A stretch of DNA of 64,000 nucleotides, from NCBI RefSeq assembly GCF_009914755.1, contig NC_060941.1, one strand, 5' to 3'. Below are positions 44,080-60,990 of the stretch, piece after piece. Every line of letters begins with the position of its first letter. Within the stretch, counting starts at the first letter, position 1. This DNA comes from the human T2T-CHM13v2.0 reference genome, Homo sapiens. Made by a program: the position numbers and the translations under genes. The notes beneath the pieces were generated by a model. It was not told where the DNA came from. It ran no database searches and saw only the letters and a program-made list of their open reading frames with translations.

Positions 44080-44531
44080 AATAACTATTTGATAAGGTTG
44101 GGCTGTGTCCCCACCCAAATCTCATCTTGAATTAATAACTGATAAGGTTGGGCTGTGTCCCCACCCAAATCTCATCTTGAATTAATAACTATTTGATAAG
44201 GTTGGGCTGTGTCCCCGCCCAAATCTCATCTTGAACTGTAGCTCCCACAATTCCCACGTGTCGTGGGAGGGCCCCGGTGGGAGGCCACTGAATCACGGGG
44301 GCGGGCATTTCTGTTCTAGTGATAGTGGGTGAGTCTCAGGAGAGCTGATGGACTTCAAGGGAGGAGTTTCCCTGCACAAGCTGCCTCTCTCATCGGCCGC
44401 CACGTCAGACATGCGCGACTGTGAGACCTGCCCGGACACATGGAACTGTGAGTCTATTAAACTTCTTTTTCTTTATAAATTACCCAGTCTCGGCTATGTC
44501 CTCATCAGCAGCATGAAAACGGACTAACACA
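44080..44531 (+). mobile_element. THE1 LTR with triplicated 5' end
   Basis: taataact..tgataaggttgggctgtgtccccacccaaatctcatcttgaa x3; ends gcatgaaaacggactaacaca. Confidence 0.88.
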
Positions 44532-44652
44532 TTATTAGTCTAATAACCATTAGAAAAATGATTTTCAAGAACCGCACTAAAATGTAAGATCATTTAATTA
44601 TTCAACCAACATGTACACATTTATACATTATAAACAAAAGAAAGTTACTTAC

Positions 44653-44717
44653 CGAATCCAAAAAGCAAAGGTAAGACCCTGAGCTCTGGGCAACTGCTTG
44701 ATTTTTAGCGTATCCGA
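44653..44717 (-). CDS. B3GNTL1: B3GNTL1 exon 4 ((V)[21 protein letters not shown])
   Basis: Acceptor cttttttccacag|TC, donor TCG|gtaagt, 65 nt completing the phase-1 codon. GT2 motif G...A.N.......G.Y..FLD. Confidence 0.96.
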
Positions 44718-44788
44718 CTGTGGAAAAAAGAAGAGCAAAACTCTTTTATAATTCAGTTTCCAGCAGCATTCTCTTTCATAGAGCTTAG

Positions 44789-45085
<297 letters not shown>

Positions 45086-47086
45086 CAATATACGATGTTC
45101 TATAAGAAAGCTAGGAACATTTTGCACTGCCACCAAAAATGTGGGTCAGCTTTCAAAGGAATGAAAGGAAAGTCAGAGAGAGACAATATTCCACCTTTGG
45201 TAGGTGGCATAATGAGAACAAGGATAAAACACAGAGTCCACTGGGTACTTCATTAAAGTCTGACACTCACTGAAGGAAAAAAAAATGAGATGGACCTTTA
45301 CTGAGTACAGCACTAAGCTAAGTCCTGGGAATATTTTTTTAAACAAAATTAAAATATCCCTGGAAGGAAGTCTGTAAAGTCTACCCTGATGAAAGTCAGG
45401 ATCCGGTCACAAGAGGGAAGTTGGGGGCTGGCACATGTGTGACGGGCTGGTGGAGGTCACTGAGGTAGACCCTCGGAGGGCGGTTTGCACGTGTGTGATG
45501 AGCTGGTGGAGGTCACTGAGGTAGACCCTCGGAGGGCGGTTTGCACGTGTGTGATGGGCTGGTGGAGGTCACTGGGCTGGACGCGTGGTGGGTGATCCTC
45601 TTGGCGTGCATCTCTGTGATGAGCTGAATGTGCTGCCAGCATCTACAACACCAGAGTGGGTGCACATCCCATGACCCAGCTCTGATCCTAACAGATACTG
45701 TGCGGCGTAAACCCAGCAGAACTTAATCTGCATGGCCACCAAGAGCAGCACTGTCATCAGAGCTCAAAACTGGGAACTACCCAAGTGCAGAATGGAAAAG
45801 CTGGAAACATACATGACAAGAAGGCACCCTCCAGGGCTGTACACACAGCGTGGGTGCCTCTCCCAGGCTGCTAAGCAGAGAAGGGAGCAGCTGCTGGGTG
45901 GGGGCCCTGGCCCGGAGCACGAGGGCAGCCGAAATTCTTCTGTGCTGTGAGAAACTAGGAAAGCAGCTGCCCTTGGGGAAGGGGGTGACCAGAGGGGCCT
46001 GAGGGGGCTTCTGGGGGCTGCGATCTTCTGTTCTTCCTCAGGGTGCCGGTTACATGGTGTGTGCAGCTTATGAACCTTCATCCAGCAGTAAGACTGTGAT
46101 GTGCACTTTTCTGTATGGATATCATATTTTAAGAGGAGTTTCAAAAAATCTCTGTCTTCAAAGACATCACAACTGAGCTGGAAAAGGCTGAACGATGACC
46201 TGTGGTTAAACGCCAAAGGAACGGGACTGAAAACGGGGATAGGGAGGCCTAAAGGGTCCCTGTTAGGGAGCTGTGGCAAGAGCCTGAGGCTGTTAAGAAC
46301 GTGAACCAGCAGAAGCAAGGCAGCCCAGGGCAGACCACCGTCCTGGGTGCTGCCCTGTGGGCGGTGGGCAGTCTGGGCAGCCCTCATTATCTGGGGCAGC
46401 CTATGTTTGGGAAAGCAGGCACTGGGCAGCTTTGTGGGAACTGCATGTTGGGCTAAGAAGGCTCAACTTCCCCCTGCCAGCAGGGGTAGCCAAGGAAGGC
46501 TTCTGAACAAGGAGTAACAAGCAGAAATTCATGCGTGGCAAGCTCAGCTTCGATGCCAATGGCGGGTGGATCAGAGGTGGCATTTAGCCCAAAATGAGGG
46601 TGCTGAGGAGGCTCCAAGGGGCAGGATACCCACTTTCCCTAGAAAAGAGGCTGGCAACACCGGACAGTTACAGACATCATGGCACCCAGGAAAGTCATAC
46701 AAAGCAAAACAGACGTGTGCAGAATTAAGCAATAGATCTCTCTGGTATCCAAATCAAGACAAGCTGCAGAAAGTTGTCTGTTGGAGGGACAGTGGCCAAG
46801 TGTGCATTTCGGCCACACCCGTGGCACTCTCCCGTCTCCACTACAAGGAGGGGAAGGCAGGGCTCCCACCCCACGGGGGCTGCCCTGTTCCGGGGGGGCA
46901 TCGAGCAAGCTCACGGCACCACTGGGACCGCACAGCCGCACAGAAGCGAGACGCACAGAGTCTCCCACCCTCTCTGCGTTCTCCAACCCGGAGCAGTGCC
47001 CCTCTTCATACCAGGTAGCAGTTTAATTTCTAGCATTAATCCCTAAAGTTTAGCCAGCTCAACCCAGTTAGCCAGAGGATCCCAGA

Positions 47087-47175
47087 TGTCAAAAAGCCAG
47101 GGGCATAAACAGGCGCAGGGAGGAAATGCACCCGGGGAGGCGAGCGCCTGTTCTGCCCTGGGATGGATGGTGGGC
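47087..47175 (+). repeat. Left arm of 89-bp inverted repeat
   Basis: 83/89 identical to the reverse complement of 48729-48817. Confidence 0.93.
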
Positions 47176-48194
47176 CGTGTCTCCAGGGCCGCTGCAGCCA
47201 AGCCTCCATCATCGCTGCAGGGCCAGGTGAGTGCCCTGAAGCTCCTCACGAGAAACACAGGCGGAGGCACCTGTGAGGACGAAGGGCCGGAAGGGGCCTT
47301 CCACGAGGCACACTGTTCAACAGGGGCTCTGCTCACAATGCGGCTTGTTAGCGTCAGGTTTCAGGAGAGAAGGGTATCCGTGAGCCTGGGTAACGAAGGA
47401 AGACTTATCTCACTAAGGAAGCTGGAAGTTTCTCACAATGAATCCTGTGTTTGGCAGAGACAAGGAATTTGCTTTAATATTATTGCCTTGAAGAAAGTCA
47501 AATGTTTGCGTGGGGCTCCTGCTTGGGGAGGCCAGTCCCTTTGTGAGGGGATCTGGTTGCCATGGTCTCAGCAGGAAAAACTCACACGGCGGCGAGATAT
47601 TAACATTCCTTCCTCCTGGAGAGAAGAGTGGGGATTGTACTTCATTTTGGTTTTAGCAAGCGGCGACGTTATTAGGAAAGTGGGGCTCCGTTAGTGCATG
47701 AATCGTAATAAGTGAATCAGCCCATTTCAAATACCCAGCACTTCTGAAAAGAGACACTTTGGATCTATGTTATCTAATAGTCAATATAACTCTCCCTATT
47801 CAAGAAAAAATATCATTACAGGAAAATACGTCCCTTTCAGCTATAACCAAACCAACCATATTTTATTAAAGTGTAGAATAGGGTCCCCACGAGGTCTCCT
47901 TACCCACACTTCAGACAGGCAGCAGGACGGCTCATTTCAGCCCTTCACCTCGGTCCTTCAGAACTTTACAACGGATTGTTTTTATTATTGGCAGAATTCA
48001 TACAAATGGGATATGCCTCAAGTTAGAGCTAATCTATAAAAAGTACTTTATGAAAAGCAAAATGTTTTCAAAATAGATGAATGTTTTTAGACAAGGAGTG
48101 TCACAACAGTCACCAAAATACTTTAAATTTGTTTTCATCCAACTATAAAAGATGCAAAACTCTCTCTAATATTCTTTAACTTAAAAGAATATTA

Positions 48195-48505
<311 letters not shown>

Positions 48506-48728
48506 TTATAGTAGTTTCAAAAACCAATTTGTTTACACACATTACAGAAGCAAGTTGAAACAGATGTTCTACAATAATCAATTTATAAAGAGTTTTCTAT
48601 TTCAAACCAACGAAAGATAATGAAAACAAGATATAACTTGGGAAAAAACATCTTCCAAATACACAAGACGATGATGATGACAGCAATGATGATGACAGAC
48701 AGCTGCCAACACCTCCTGAGTGCCCGCT

Positions 48729-48817
48729 GCCCACCGTCCATCCCAGGGCAGAACAGGCACTCACCTCCCTGGGTGCATTTCCTCTCTGCACCTGTTTATG
48801 CCCCTGGCTTTTTGACA
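48729..48817 (-). repeat. Right arm of 89-bp inverted repeat
   Basis: See left arm. Also visible as near-identical N-termini of ORFs 47086+ and 48818-. Confidence 0.93.
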
Positions 48818-49277
48818 CACTGCTGAGCGCCCGCCGCCCGCCCCTGTTCTAGACACACTGCTGGGCGCCCGCCGCCCGCCCCTGTTCTAGACACACTGCT
48901 GGGCGCCCGCCGCCCGCCCCTCTTCTAGACACACTGCTGGGCGCCCGCCGCCCGCCCCTCTTCTAGACACTGCTGGGCGCCCGCCGCCCGCCCCTGTTCT
49001 AGACACACTGCTGGGCGCCCGCCGCCCGCCCCTCTTCTAGACACACTGCTGGGCGCCCGCCGCCCGCCCCTCTTCTAGACACACTGCTGGGCGCCCGCCG
49101 CCCGCCCCTGTTCTAGACACACTGCTGGGCGCCCGCCGCCCGCCCCTGTTCTAGACACACTGCTGGGCGCCCGCCGCCCGAACCTGTTCTAGACACACTG
49201 CTGGGCGCCCACCGCCCGCCCCTGTTCTAGACACACTGCTGGGCGCCCGCTGCCCGCCCCTGTTCTAGACACACTGC
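48814..49277. repeat. 38-bp CpG-rich VNTR, ~12 copies
   Basis: Unit gacacactgctgggcgcccgccgcccgcccctgttcta. Confidence 0.97.
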
Positions 49278-49707
49278 AGATTAGCTCATTTCACACCTCA
49301 CAGCACTCCAAGATGGGTGCTGACTACCACGACCTGTTCACAAATAAGGAAACGGAGGCAGAGCGAGGTGGCCGTGGAGCCGACCCCACCAGCCTGGCCC
49401 CACACCCAAGTCTACTTTACTCCTGCGTCTTCTGAGCCCCAGGGCACTGCAGGAGAAGAGCTGGGGCCAGGAGCTGCTCCTGTCCACTGAGACACCCCGC
49501 AGGTGAGCCTGTGATTTTGTGAGTCTCACAGATCTGAACAGGACCCAACAGAGGACTTAACTCCCCAGGCTCTCACATGGGGACATTCCAGAGGGACCGT
49601 AAACCCTCAGCCGCTTGCCCTTGAAATACGTCATAGCTGTAAGACTCCCTCAGGACCAAGTCCACTAGAAAGTGGGGTGATGCCACCCATTCCTGAGCAC
49701 ATTCTAA

Positions 49708-49880
49708 AGCAGTGGCTCCTGATCCTGGATGTGTCTCAGAATCTTCTGGAAAGCTTTTAAAATCCCAATGCCCACGCTGCACCCCAGACCAATTACATGA
49801 GAATATCTTAGGGTGAGACTCAGGCACTGGTTTTCTAAAACTCACTGATGATTCTAACGTGCACAAAGTTGACGACCATT
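49708..49880. mobile_element. MER5-like hAT element
   Basis: cagtggctc...caccccagaccaatt...gatgattctaacgtgcac..agttgacgacca. Confidence 0.7.
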
Positions 49881-50401
49881 ATCTTAGAGAAGCTGTGACT
49901 CCTAAAATCTGTAGGAACCCGTCCACCAACTAAAAACGTATCATCTGCCAACCTTGACTTTTTCAGCCCCATGCAATATAGGCAGGCATATTTTTTTCAA
50001 GTCTTATATGGAAACTTTAAAGTCAAACTAAAAGGACCCTGATCTATTACAATCAAAGCTAAGAACACAAGCTAATCATTCAACATAAAAACAGAGGGTG
50101 AATGAAGAAACCTGAACACAGCTTGACCCAGCATCATGAAATTTCAAAATTCAAAAGTACAAAAAGAAAAATCTTAAATACTTTGAGAAACAATACCTTT
50201 AAAATAACAAGAGTCAGACTGGTGTAAGATTTCTTATTAGAAACATGGACACTAGAATATAATGAGGCAATCCCTTTAAAATTCTAAGAAAAATTATTTT
50301 GCACCTAGAATTCTATACCCAGCCAATCTGTCAACTGAGCATAAAAATATTCTTGAGCAAGAGAAATAAGCAGAAAAAAAGTTTGAAAAAATAATGGCTG
50401 A

Positions 50402-50731
<330 letters not shown>

Positions 50732-51209
50732 TTACTGGAGGAGCTCAAGAGTATATTTAAATATGCAGAAGAAAAATTAGCAAACACAGAGATAGATGGG
50801 TAAGTCTGAATCTGAAAATGGAGACAAAGAAGAATGAAGAAAGTGAAAAGCATCTCAGAGAAAGCTGGAATACCAATAACTATACCAACATATGCACAAT
50901 GCAAGTACCACACGGAAAGGCAAGAGAAATAAGCAGAAAAAAAGTTTGAAAAAATAATGGCTGAAAAATTCTCATATTATTGAAAAACATTCATCTACAC
51001 ATCCAGGAAGCTCAACAAACTCCATGTAGGATAAACACAGAAGATTCGCAGCTAAACACATCATAGTAAAAATGCTGAAACCAAAGATAAGGACAAAATA
51101 TTGAAAGCGACAAGAGAAAATCACTTGTCACTTACAAGAGACCCTCAGTAAGATTAACCGCTTACTTCTCATCAGAAACAATGAAGGCCACAGGCAATGG
51201 GGTCACACA

Positions 51210-51429
51210 CAGATGCTCCTCAACTGAGGGTGAGCCTATGTCTAGGTAAACCTGCTGTAAGTTTAAAACATCATAAGTCAAAAATGCTTGGGGGCCTGGG
51301 AGCTGTGACTCATGGCCACTGCCTGGTATCCTGACAGAACCATGGTTTCTACTGAATTTGTGTTGCCTTTGACCATCATAAAGTTGAAACATGGTAAGTT
51401 GAACTATCACAGGCTGGGGGCCATCTGTA
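51210..51429. mobile_element. MER47-like (Tigger) DNA element
   Basis: TIRs cagatgctcc ... ggccatctg(ta). Confidence 0.7.
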
Positions 51430-51674
51430 TTCATAGTGCTCAAAGAAAAACACTGTCAATTATGAATCCTATATCCAGCAAAGTCATCTTTCAAAAATGA
51501 AGAAGCAAGTAAGAGATTCTAAGATAAACAAAAACTGAGGCAGTTCATTGTAGGGCTGAAATGAAAGGGCACTAAACAGGAACTCATAGAGAAAGAACAA
51601 ATGAAGAACAGGGATAAAGTTTACTATTCAGGTAAATATAAAAGATAGTACTATTTTGGTTTGTATTTTTCCTA

Positions 51675-52058
<384 letters not shown>

Positions 52059-54182
52059 TTAATGTTACATGATTGAAGCTAAGTGTTAATTCAAACTACA
52101 TTGTTATAAATTTAAGATGTTCACCGTAATCCTCACAGTAACCACTAAGACGATCATTTAGAAATACACAGAAAAGGAAACGAGAAGGGAATCAAAATGG
52201 CACATCGGAAATAAGCAATTAAACAGAAAAGAAGGTAGTAATACAGGATTGAGGAATAAAAAAGACATAAGACATATAGAAAGCAGATAGCAAAGTGGCA
52301 AAAGTCCTTCCTTGTCAGTAATCACTTTAAATGTAAATGGACTAAATTCTCCAATTAAAAGGCAAAATCTGGCAGAACGGATCTTGAAAATTATGATCCA
52401 TCTAAATGCTGTCTATATGAGGAATTCACTTCAGATCCAAAGGCACAAGTAGGCTGAAAGTGGAACAAGGGAAAGAGATATTCCACGCAACTAGTAATCA
52501 AAGAGTGCTGGCGTGGCTGTACTAATATCAGAAAAAATAGACTTCAACTCAAAAATTATTAGAAAAGACAAAGAAAGAGTCAATTGATCAAGAAGATATA
52601 ACAAGCATAAAACTGTACACATCTAACAAGAGGGTCACAAAATTAAGTAAGGCAAAGATTGACTGAATTGGAGGGAGAAACAGTTCTACCGTAACAGTCG
52701 GAGATTCAACATTCTACCTTCAATAATGGAGAGAACATCTAGAGAGAAGATAATAAACAGAGAACTTGAACAATACTATAAACCAACTAGACTTAGCAGA
52801 AATATACAGAATACTCCACTTGACAGCAGCAGAACACACATTCTCAGGTGTGCACAGCGCATTCTCCAGGACAGGTGACACGTCCGGCCATAAAATGTAC
52901 CTTAAACATTTGTTTAAAGATTGCAATTATATGAAGTATCTTCTCTGACCACAGTGAAATGAAACTAGAAATAAGTAACAGAAGTAAAACTGAAAAATTC
53001 ATAAATAAATGAAAGCTAAACCATATACTCTTCAGCAACCAATATGTCAAAGAAGAAATCATAAGGCTAATTAGAATATACTCAGAGACAAACGAAAACA
53101 AAAACACAACAAACCAAAACTTTCAGGATGTAGAAAAATCAGTGCATAGAAAGGAATTTATAGCTATAAATGCCTACATAAAAGAGGTCTAAAATCAAGA
53201 ACCTAAAAGTACACCTTAAGAAGCTAGAAAAAGAAAAATAAACTAAACACACAGCTAGCAGAAGGAAGGAAACAGTGAAGATTAGAGTGAAAATAAACAA
53301 ACAATGACAAAACAATAGCAAATCAACAAAAAGAGTTGATTCTTTGAAGAGGGTCAACAAAATTGACAAACCCAGCTAGACTGAGAAAGAAGGAAAGACA
53401 GCTCAAAATGCTGAAATAAAAAGTGGTACATGACTCCCAAACTTAACAGAAACTAAAAGGATTATGACAGTGTGAAAAACAACATATGCCAAAAAAGTTA
53501 GATAACCTAGATGAAATGGACAAATTCCTAGAAACAAACTACCAAAATTGACTCAAGAAGAAATAAAAAAAATCTCAACACACCTATAACAAATAAAGAG
53601 ATTGACTCAGTAATAAAAAAAACAAAAACTCCCAACAAAAAAGCCCAGAGTCAGGTGACCTCACTGATGAATTCCACCAAACTCAGAGAATTACTAACAC
53701 CAATCCTTCCCAAACTCTTCCAAAAAACAAGAGGAAGAAACACTTATTCTATGAGGCCAGTATTACTCTGATACCGAAGCCACACAAAGATATCATATGA
53801 ATAGGAACCTACAGGCCAATAGCCCTTACAAATATATATATGCAAAAATCTTCAACAACATACTAGCAAACTGAATCCAGCAGTATACTAGAAAGATTTT
53901 ACACCAGGAACAAGTGGGATTTATCCCAATAATGTGAGGGCAGTTCAACATAGGATATCAATCAACGTAACATACCATCTTAACAGATAAAGGGGAAAAA
54001 ACTATATGATCATCTCAAATTGGTGTCAAAAAGGCATTTGACAAAATCCGGCACCCTTTCATGATTTAAAAATTCAACAGACTAGAATTAAAAGGAAACC
54101 TCCTTAGCGTAAGAAATGGCATTTATAAAAACCTACAGCTAACGTCATATTCAAAGGTGAAAGACTGAAAGCTTTTCCCCTA

Positions 54183-54584
<402 letters not shown>

Positions 54585-55424
54585 CTAAATTGTAAAAGGA
54601 GAAGCAAAACTATCTCTACTCATAGATAATATGATCTTAAATACAGGAAATCCTAAAAACCCACAAAGAACAAACTATTAAAGCTAATAAACTATTAGAG
54701 CTAATAATTGTAGGATACAAGGTCAACACTAAGAGAAATCTGTTGTTTATCCCCTAGAAATGAGCACTCTCAAAGAAAATTAAGAAAACAATTCACAAAA
54801 CTTATCACAAAGCTCAAGTAATCAAAACAATGAGGTACTGGCGTAAGGACAGACATATAGACCAACGGAATAGAATCTGGAGTCCAGGAATGAATCCATA
54901 CGTTTATGGTTAATGGATTTTTGACAAGAATACCAAGACAATTCAGTGGAGAAAGAATAGTCTTTTAAATGGTGTTGGAAAAACTGAGTATCTACTTACA
55001 AAAGAATGAAGCTGGACCTTTGCTTCACACCATACATAAAAATTAAGTCAAAATAGATCAAAGGCCTAAATATAAGAGCTACAAGTATAATTCTGAAGAA
55101 AACATACAGATAAAATCTTCGTGACCTTGATTTAGCCGTGGCTTCTTAGAAATGACACCAAAAGCACACGCCACAAAAGAAATAATAGATAAATTAGATT
55201 TTTGTCTTCATCAAAATCATAAGCCTTTTGTGCATCAAGGGACACTCTCGAGAGGGTGAAAAGATAACCCAAAGAACGGGAAAAAAATTGCAAATTATAT
55301 ATAATAAAGCTCTAGTGTCCAGAACATATAAGGAGCTCTTACAATTCAACAATGAAAACACATACAGCTCAATTTTTAAAATGGCCAAAATACTTGAATA
55401 AACATTTCTTCAAGGAAGATATAC

Positions 55425-56054
<630 letters not shown>

Positions 56055-56684
56055 CAAGGAAGATATATAAATGGCCAACAAGCACACGAAAAGAGGCACA
56101 ACATCTTTAGTCAACAAGGACATTCAAATGGAAACCACAGTGAGACACCACTTCACACCCACTAGCATGGCTATAATTTAAAAAACAGAAAATAACAAGT
56201 GTTGATGAGGATATGTAGAAATTGGAACGTTCATACATTGCTGGTAGGAATGTAAAATGCATCCACTGTGGAAAAGTTTGGCAGCTCCTCAGTATGTTAA
56301 ACACAGAATTACAATATGAGCCAGAAATTCTACACCAAGGAATATACCCAAAGGATCTGAAAACCAGTGTTCAAACAACAACTGTACACAAATGTTCAGA
56401 CTGTCATCATTCACAGTATCAAAGGGTAGAACAACTCAAATGTCCACTGCCTGACAAACAGACACACAAAACATGGTACTTATGTACAACTGCATATCAT
56501 CCTCCCAGAAAAAGGAACGGAGCACGATACATGCCACAGCACAGAGGAACGTTAAAACGTTATGCTAAATGAAGCCGGTTACAAAAGAGCACGTGGAACC
56601 TGACTCCATTCACATGAAATGTCCAGAACAGGCAAATCTACAGAGACAGAAAGCAGGCGAGTGGTTGCCAGGGTTGGAAGAGCC

Positions 56685-57020
56685 TGCGTGCCACCGCAGA
56701 ATACCCCAGACTGGGTGGCAGAAGGGGCTTCTCACAGTTCTGGAGCCTGGGAAATCCAAGAGTAACGCTCCAGCAGATTCAGTGTCTAGTGAGGGCCCCT
56801 TCCTGGCTCACAGAGGTGCCTTCTCCCTGTGTTCTTACAGAGCAGGAGGGGTGAGGGAGCTCTGAGCGGCCTCTTTTATAAGGGCACTAATCTCATTGGT
56901 GAGGCCCCACCCTCATGTCCTAATCACCTCCCAAAGTCCCCACCTAATGTCATCCTAATACTATCACCCTGGGGGTTCCAAATATGAATCTCGGGGTGGG
57001 CACAGACATTCAGATCATAG

Positions 57021-57022
<2 letters not shown>
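56685..57022 (-). mobile_element. MaLR LTR (MST/MLT1A-like)
   Basis: ctcacagttctggagcctgggaaatccaag...ttttataagggcactaatctcatt...acattcagatcatagta. Confidence 0.8.
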
Positions 57023-57958
<936 letters not shown>

Positions 57959-58088
57959 TAATAAGTGGTATATCCAATTACCACCAGGATACTTTTTGTC
58001 AGTATTTGAACAACATGAAACTGTTTCGGTACGTAAGTTGATAAGAAACCACGAATTATAGTTTAATAAACTAAGCATGTTTACTTAC

Positions 58089-58188
58089 CGCCTCTAGGAG
58101 AGGGAGAATCGTGCCCCCCAATGATCACGTGGACACCAGAATCTTCCAGCTTCACTCTCCATTTTTCAATGATAGCCCCAGACTTGTC
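58089..58188 (-). CDS. B3GNTL1: B3GNTL1 exon 3 ([33 protein letters not shown]+1nt)
   Basis: Acceptor ttctgctttcag|GAC, donor GGCG|gtaagt, 100 nt. Follows a 98-nt intron, in frame with exon 2. Confidence 0.96.
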
Positions 58189-58286
58189 CTGAAAGCAGAA
58201 CACTGGCAGGTCAGGAAACTTCCCTCCGAACAGTCAACCGTTGCTTACACTGGGGCTGAGTCACCCGACAGGAAGTTCCTACAAAC

Positions 58287-58403
58287 CTTACTGGCATCAT
58301 TGAAAACAGACAGCTCCATGGTACCTTCAAAGTCCTGTTGCAAAACAGACCTCAAACATTCGTCCAGCCACGGTTCAGCGTTGTGGACTGGGAGGATAAT
58401 AGA
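58287..58403 (-). CDS. B3GNTL1: B3GNTL1 exon 2 ([39 protein letters not shown])
   Basis: Acceptor tttcttttgaattccag|TCT, donor AAG|gtttgt, 117 nt. Typical GT2 glycosyltransferase N-terminal motif (SIIxPxxN...L..CL.S.L.Q...ND.S.D). Confidence 0.96.
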
Positions 58404-58624
58404 CTGGAATTCAAAAGAAATGGATTAACAGAAGTGTGAAAACTTAGTTCCCTTTCCATGGCTCTAATTTACCTCCCCTTCACCACCCGCACATATGCCG
58501 TGACAAACAAAAGGTGTCCACTCCTTTTCTCCAGGCTCTTAACATGCTTGTAAGATTCTTTACGTCTTAGCTTTCCCTGAACTGCCTTCTACATGTTTTT
58601 GAAAGTGAAAAAAAAACTGAAAGG

Positions 58625-59223
<599 letters not shown>

Positions 59224-59681
59224 TAGAAAACCTGCAACAAAGTAACCCCTTTAAGTAACCCCTCAGCCCACAAAAAACAATGTTTTAACAAAGTATCGGG
59301 CAGGAGGTGTTCAAAGAACCCAGCTGAGCAAATGGGAGGCCTGACGTCCATCTCTCGATTCCTTTGTCCTACACTTCGTTTCGGGCTAGTGTAGCTAGTG
59401 TCCTTTTCTCATTGTCCTTTTCTCATGAAGCCCAAAACAAAAATTTATAAAGTGGGATGGAGTAAAACCAGGAAATTCAATGCCAACAAAACAACTGATT
59501 ACAGGAGTTAAGTCTTAATTTCATACATTATAATATTAAGTGATACGGAGCGATACTTAAGAGATTAGTCTGTCCTCACCCTTAATTTATATCCAAAAAA
59601 GAAAAGTTGAAATTGTGTTGAAAACACAATTTAGTCAAGTTCTTTACAAATGAAACCTCACTCTGTCTCTTCCTGGACTTA

Positions 59682-60047
<366 letters not shown>

Positions 60048-60359
60048 TTAGTTTGGATTTACTTAGAGGAAAAGAAGGAAATAATTTTTCTCAAGATCTA
60101 CAAAATATAATGTTTCTATCAAAGATAGACCTTGATTCACCTGTTACCAATTTTAGTAAGACTGGAATAAAAAAGAAAAAAGGCTGGAAAAAAAACAAAC
60201 AAAAAAACAAAAAACAGAAAACATGCTGAGCCTTTGGGCGACTGCTAATCCTACATCCCTGTGGTTGTTCCCTGCATCGGCCTATTGGCTGGGTCTGAAC
60301 CCTGAGGGCCTTTGCTCCAGCCTCTGCCGGAGCACGGGGAAGGTGTTCGGGGCTTAAGG

Positions 60360-60990
60360 GCAGGTTTTTAGGGCACGTGTTTGGGGTAAGTGTGCTGGGC
60401 ACACAGGCAGGTGTGTGGGCACGGAGGAGGTGTGCAGGTAGGTGTGTGGGATGCGCAGGCAGGTGTGCACGGCAGGTGCACGGGCAGGTATGGGGCACGG
60501 GCATGTATGCAGGACGCAGAGCAGGTGTGTGAAGCAGGTGTGCAGGCACAAGACGTGTGTGTGGGGCATGGGCAAGTGTGCCGGGAATGTGTGACGGCAG
60601 ACGTGTGGGGTGCGAGGTTGTGTGGGGGCACACGGACAGGTGTGCAGGCAGGTGTGGGGCACGGGGAGGTGTGCAGACCAGGTGTGTGGGGTGCGGGAGC
60701 GAGGCAGGTGCGCGCGGCAGGTGCGCGGGGGCGAGTCAGGAGCGCGGGGCACGTGTGTGGGGTGTGGGGCAGGTGTGCGGGGGCGGGGCAGGTGTGCAGG
60801 GCAGGCGTGCAGGGGCAAGGCAGGTGCGTAAGAGCGAGGCAGATGCGCAGGTGCGCGGACCAGGTGTGTGAGGTGCGGGGGCAGGTGCGCGGGGGCGGGG
60901 CAGGTGCGCAGGAGCGAGGCGGGAGCGAGGCAGGTGTGCGGGCGCGGGGAAGGAGCGCGGGGCAGGCGGGCGGGGATGAGGCAGGTGCGC
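60360..60990. repeat. Degenerate GGCAGGTGTG/GGCAGGTGCG repeat in intron 1
   Basis: Many imperfect copies of gcaggtg(t/c)g. Confidence 0.88.
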
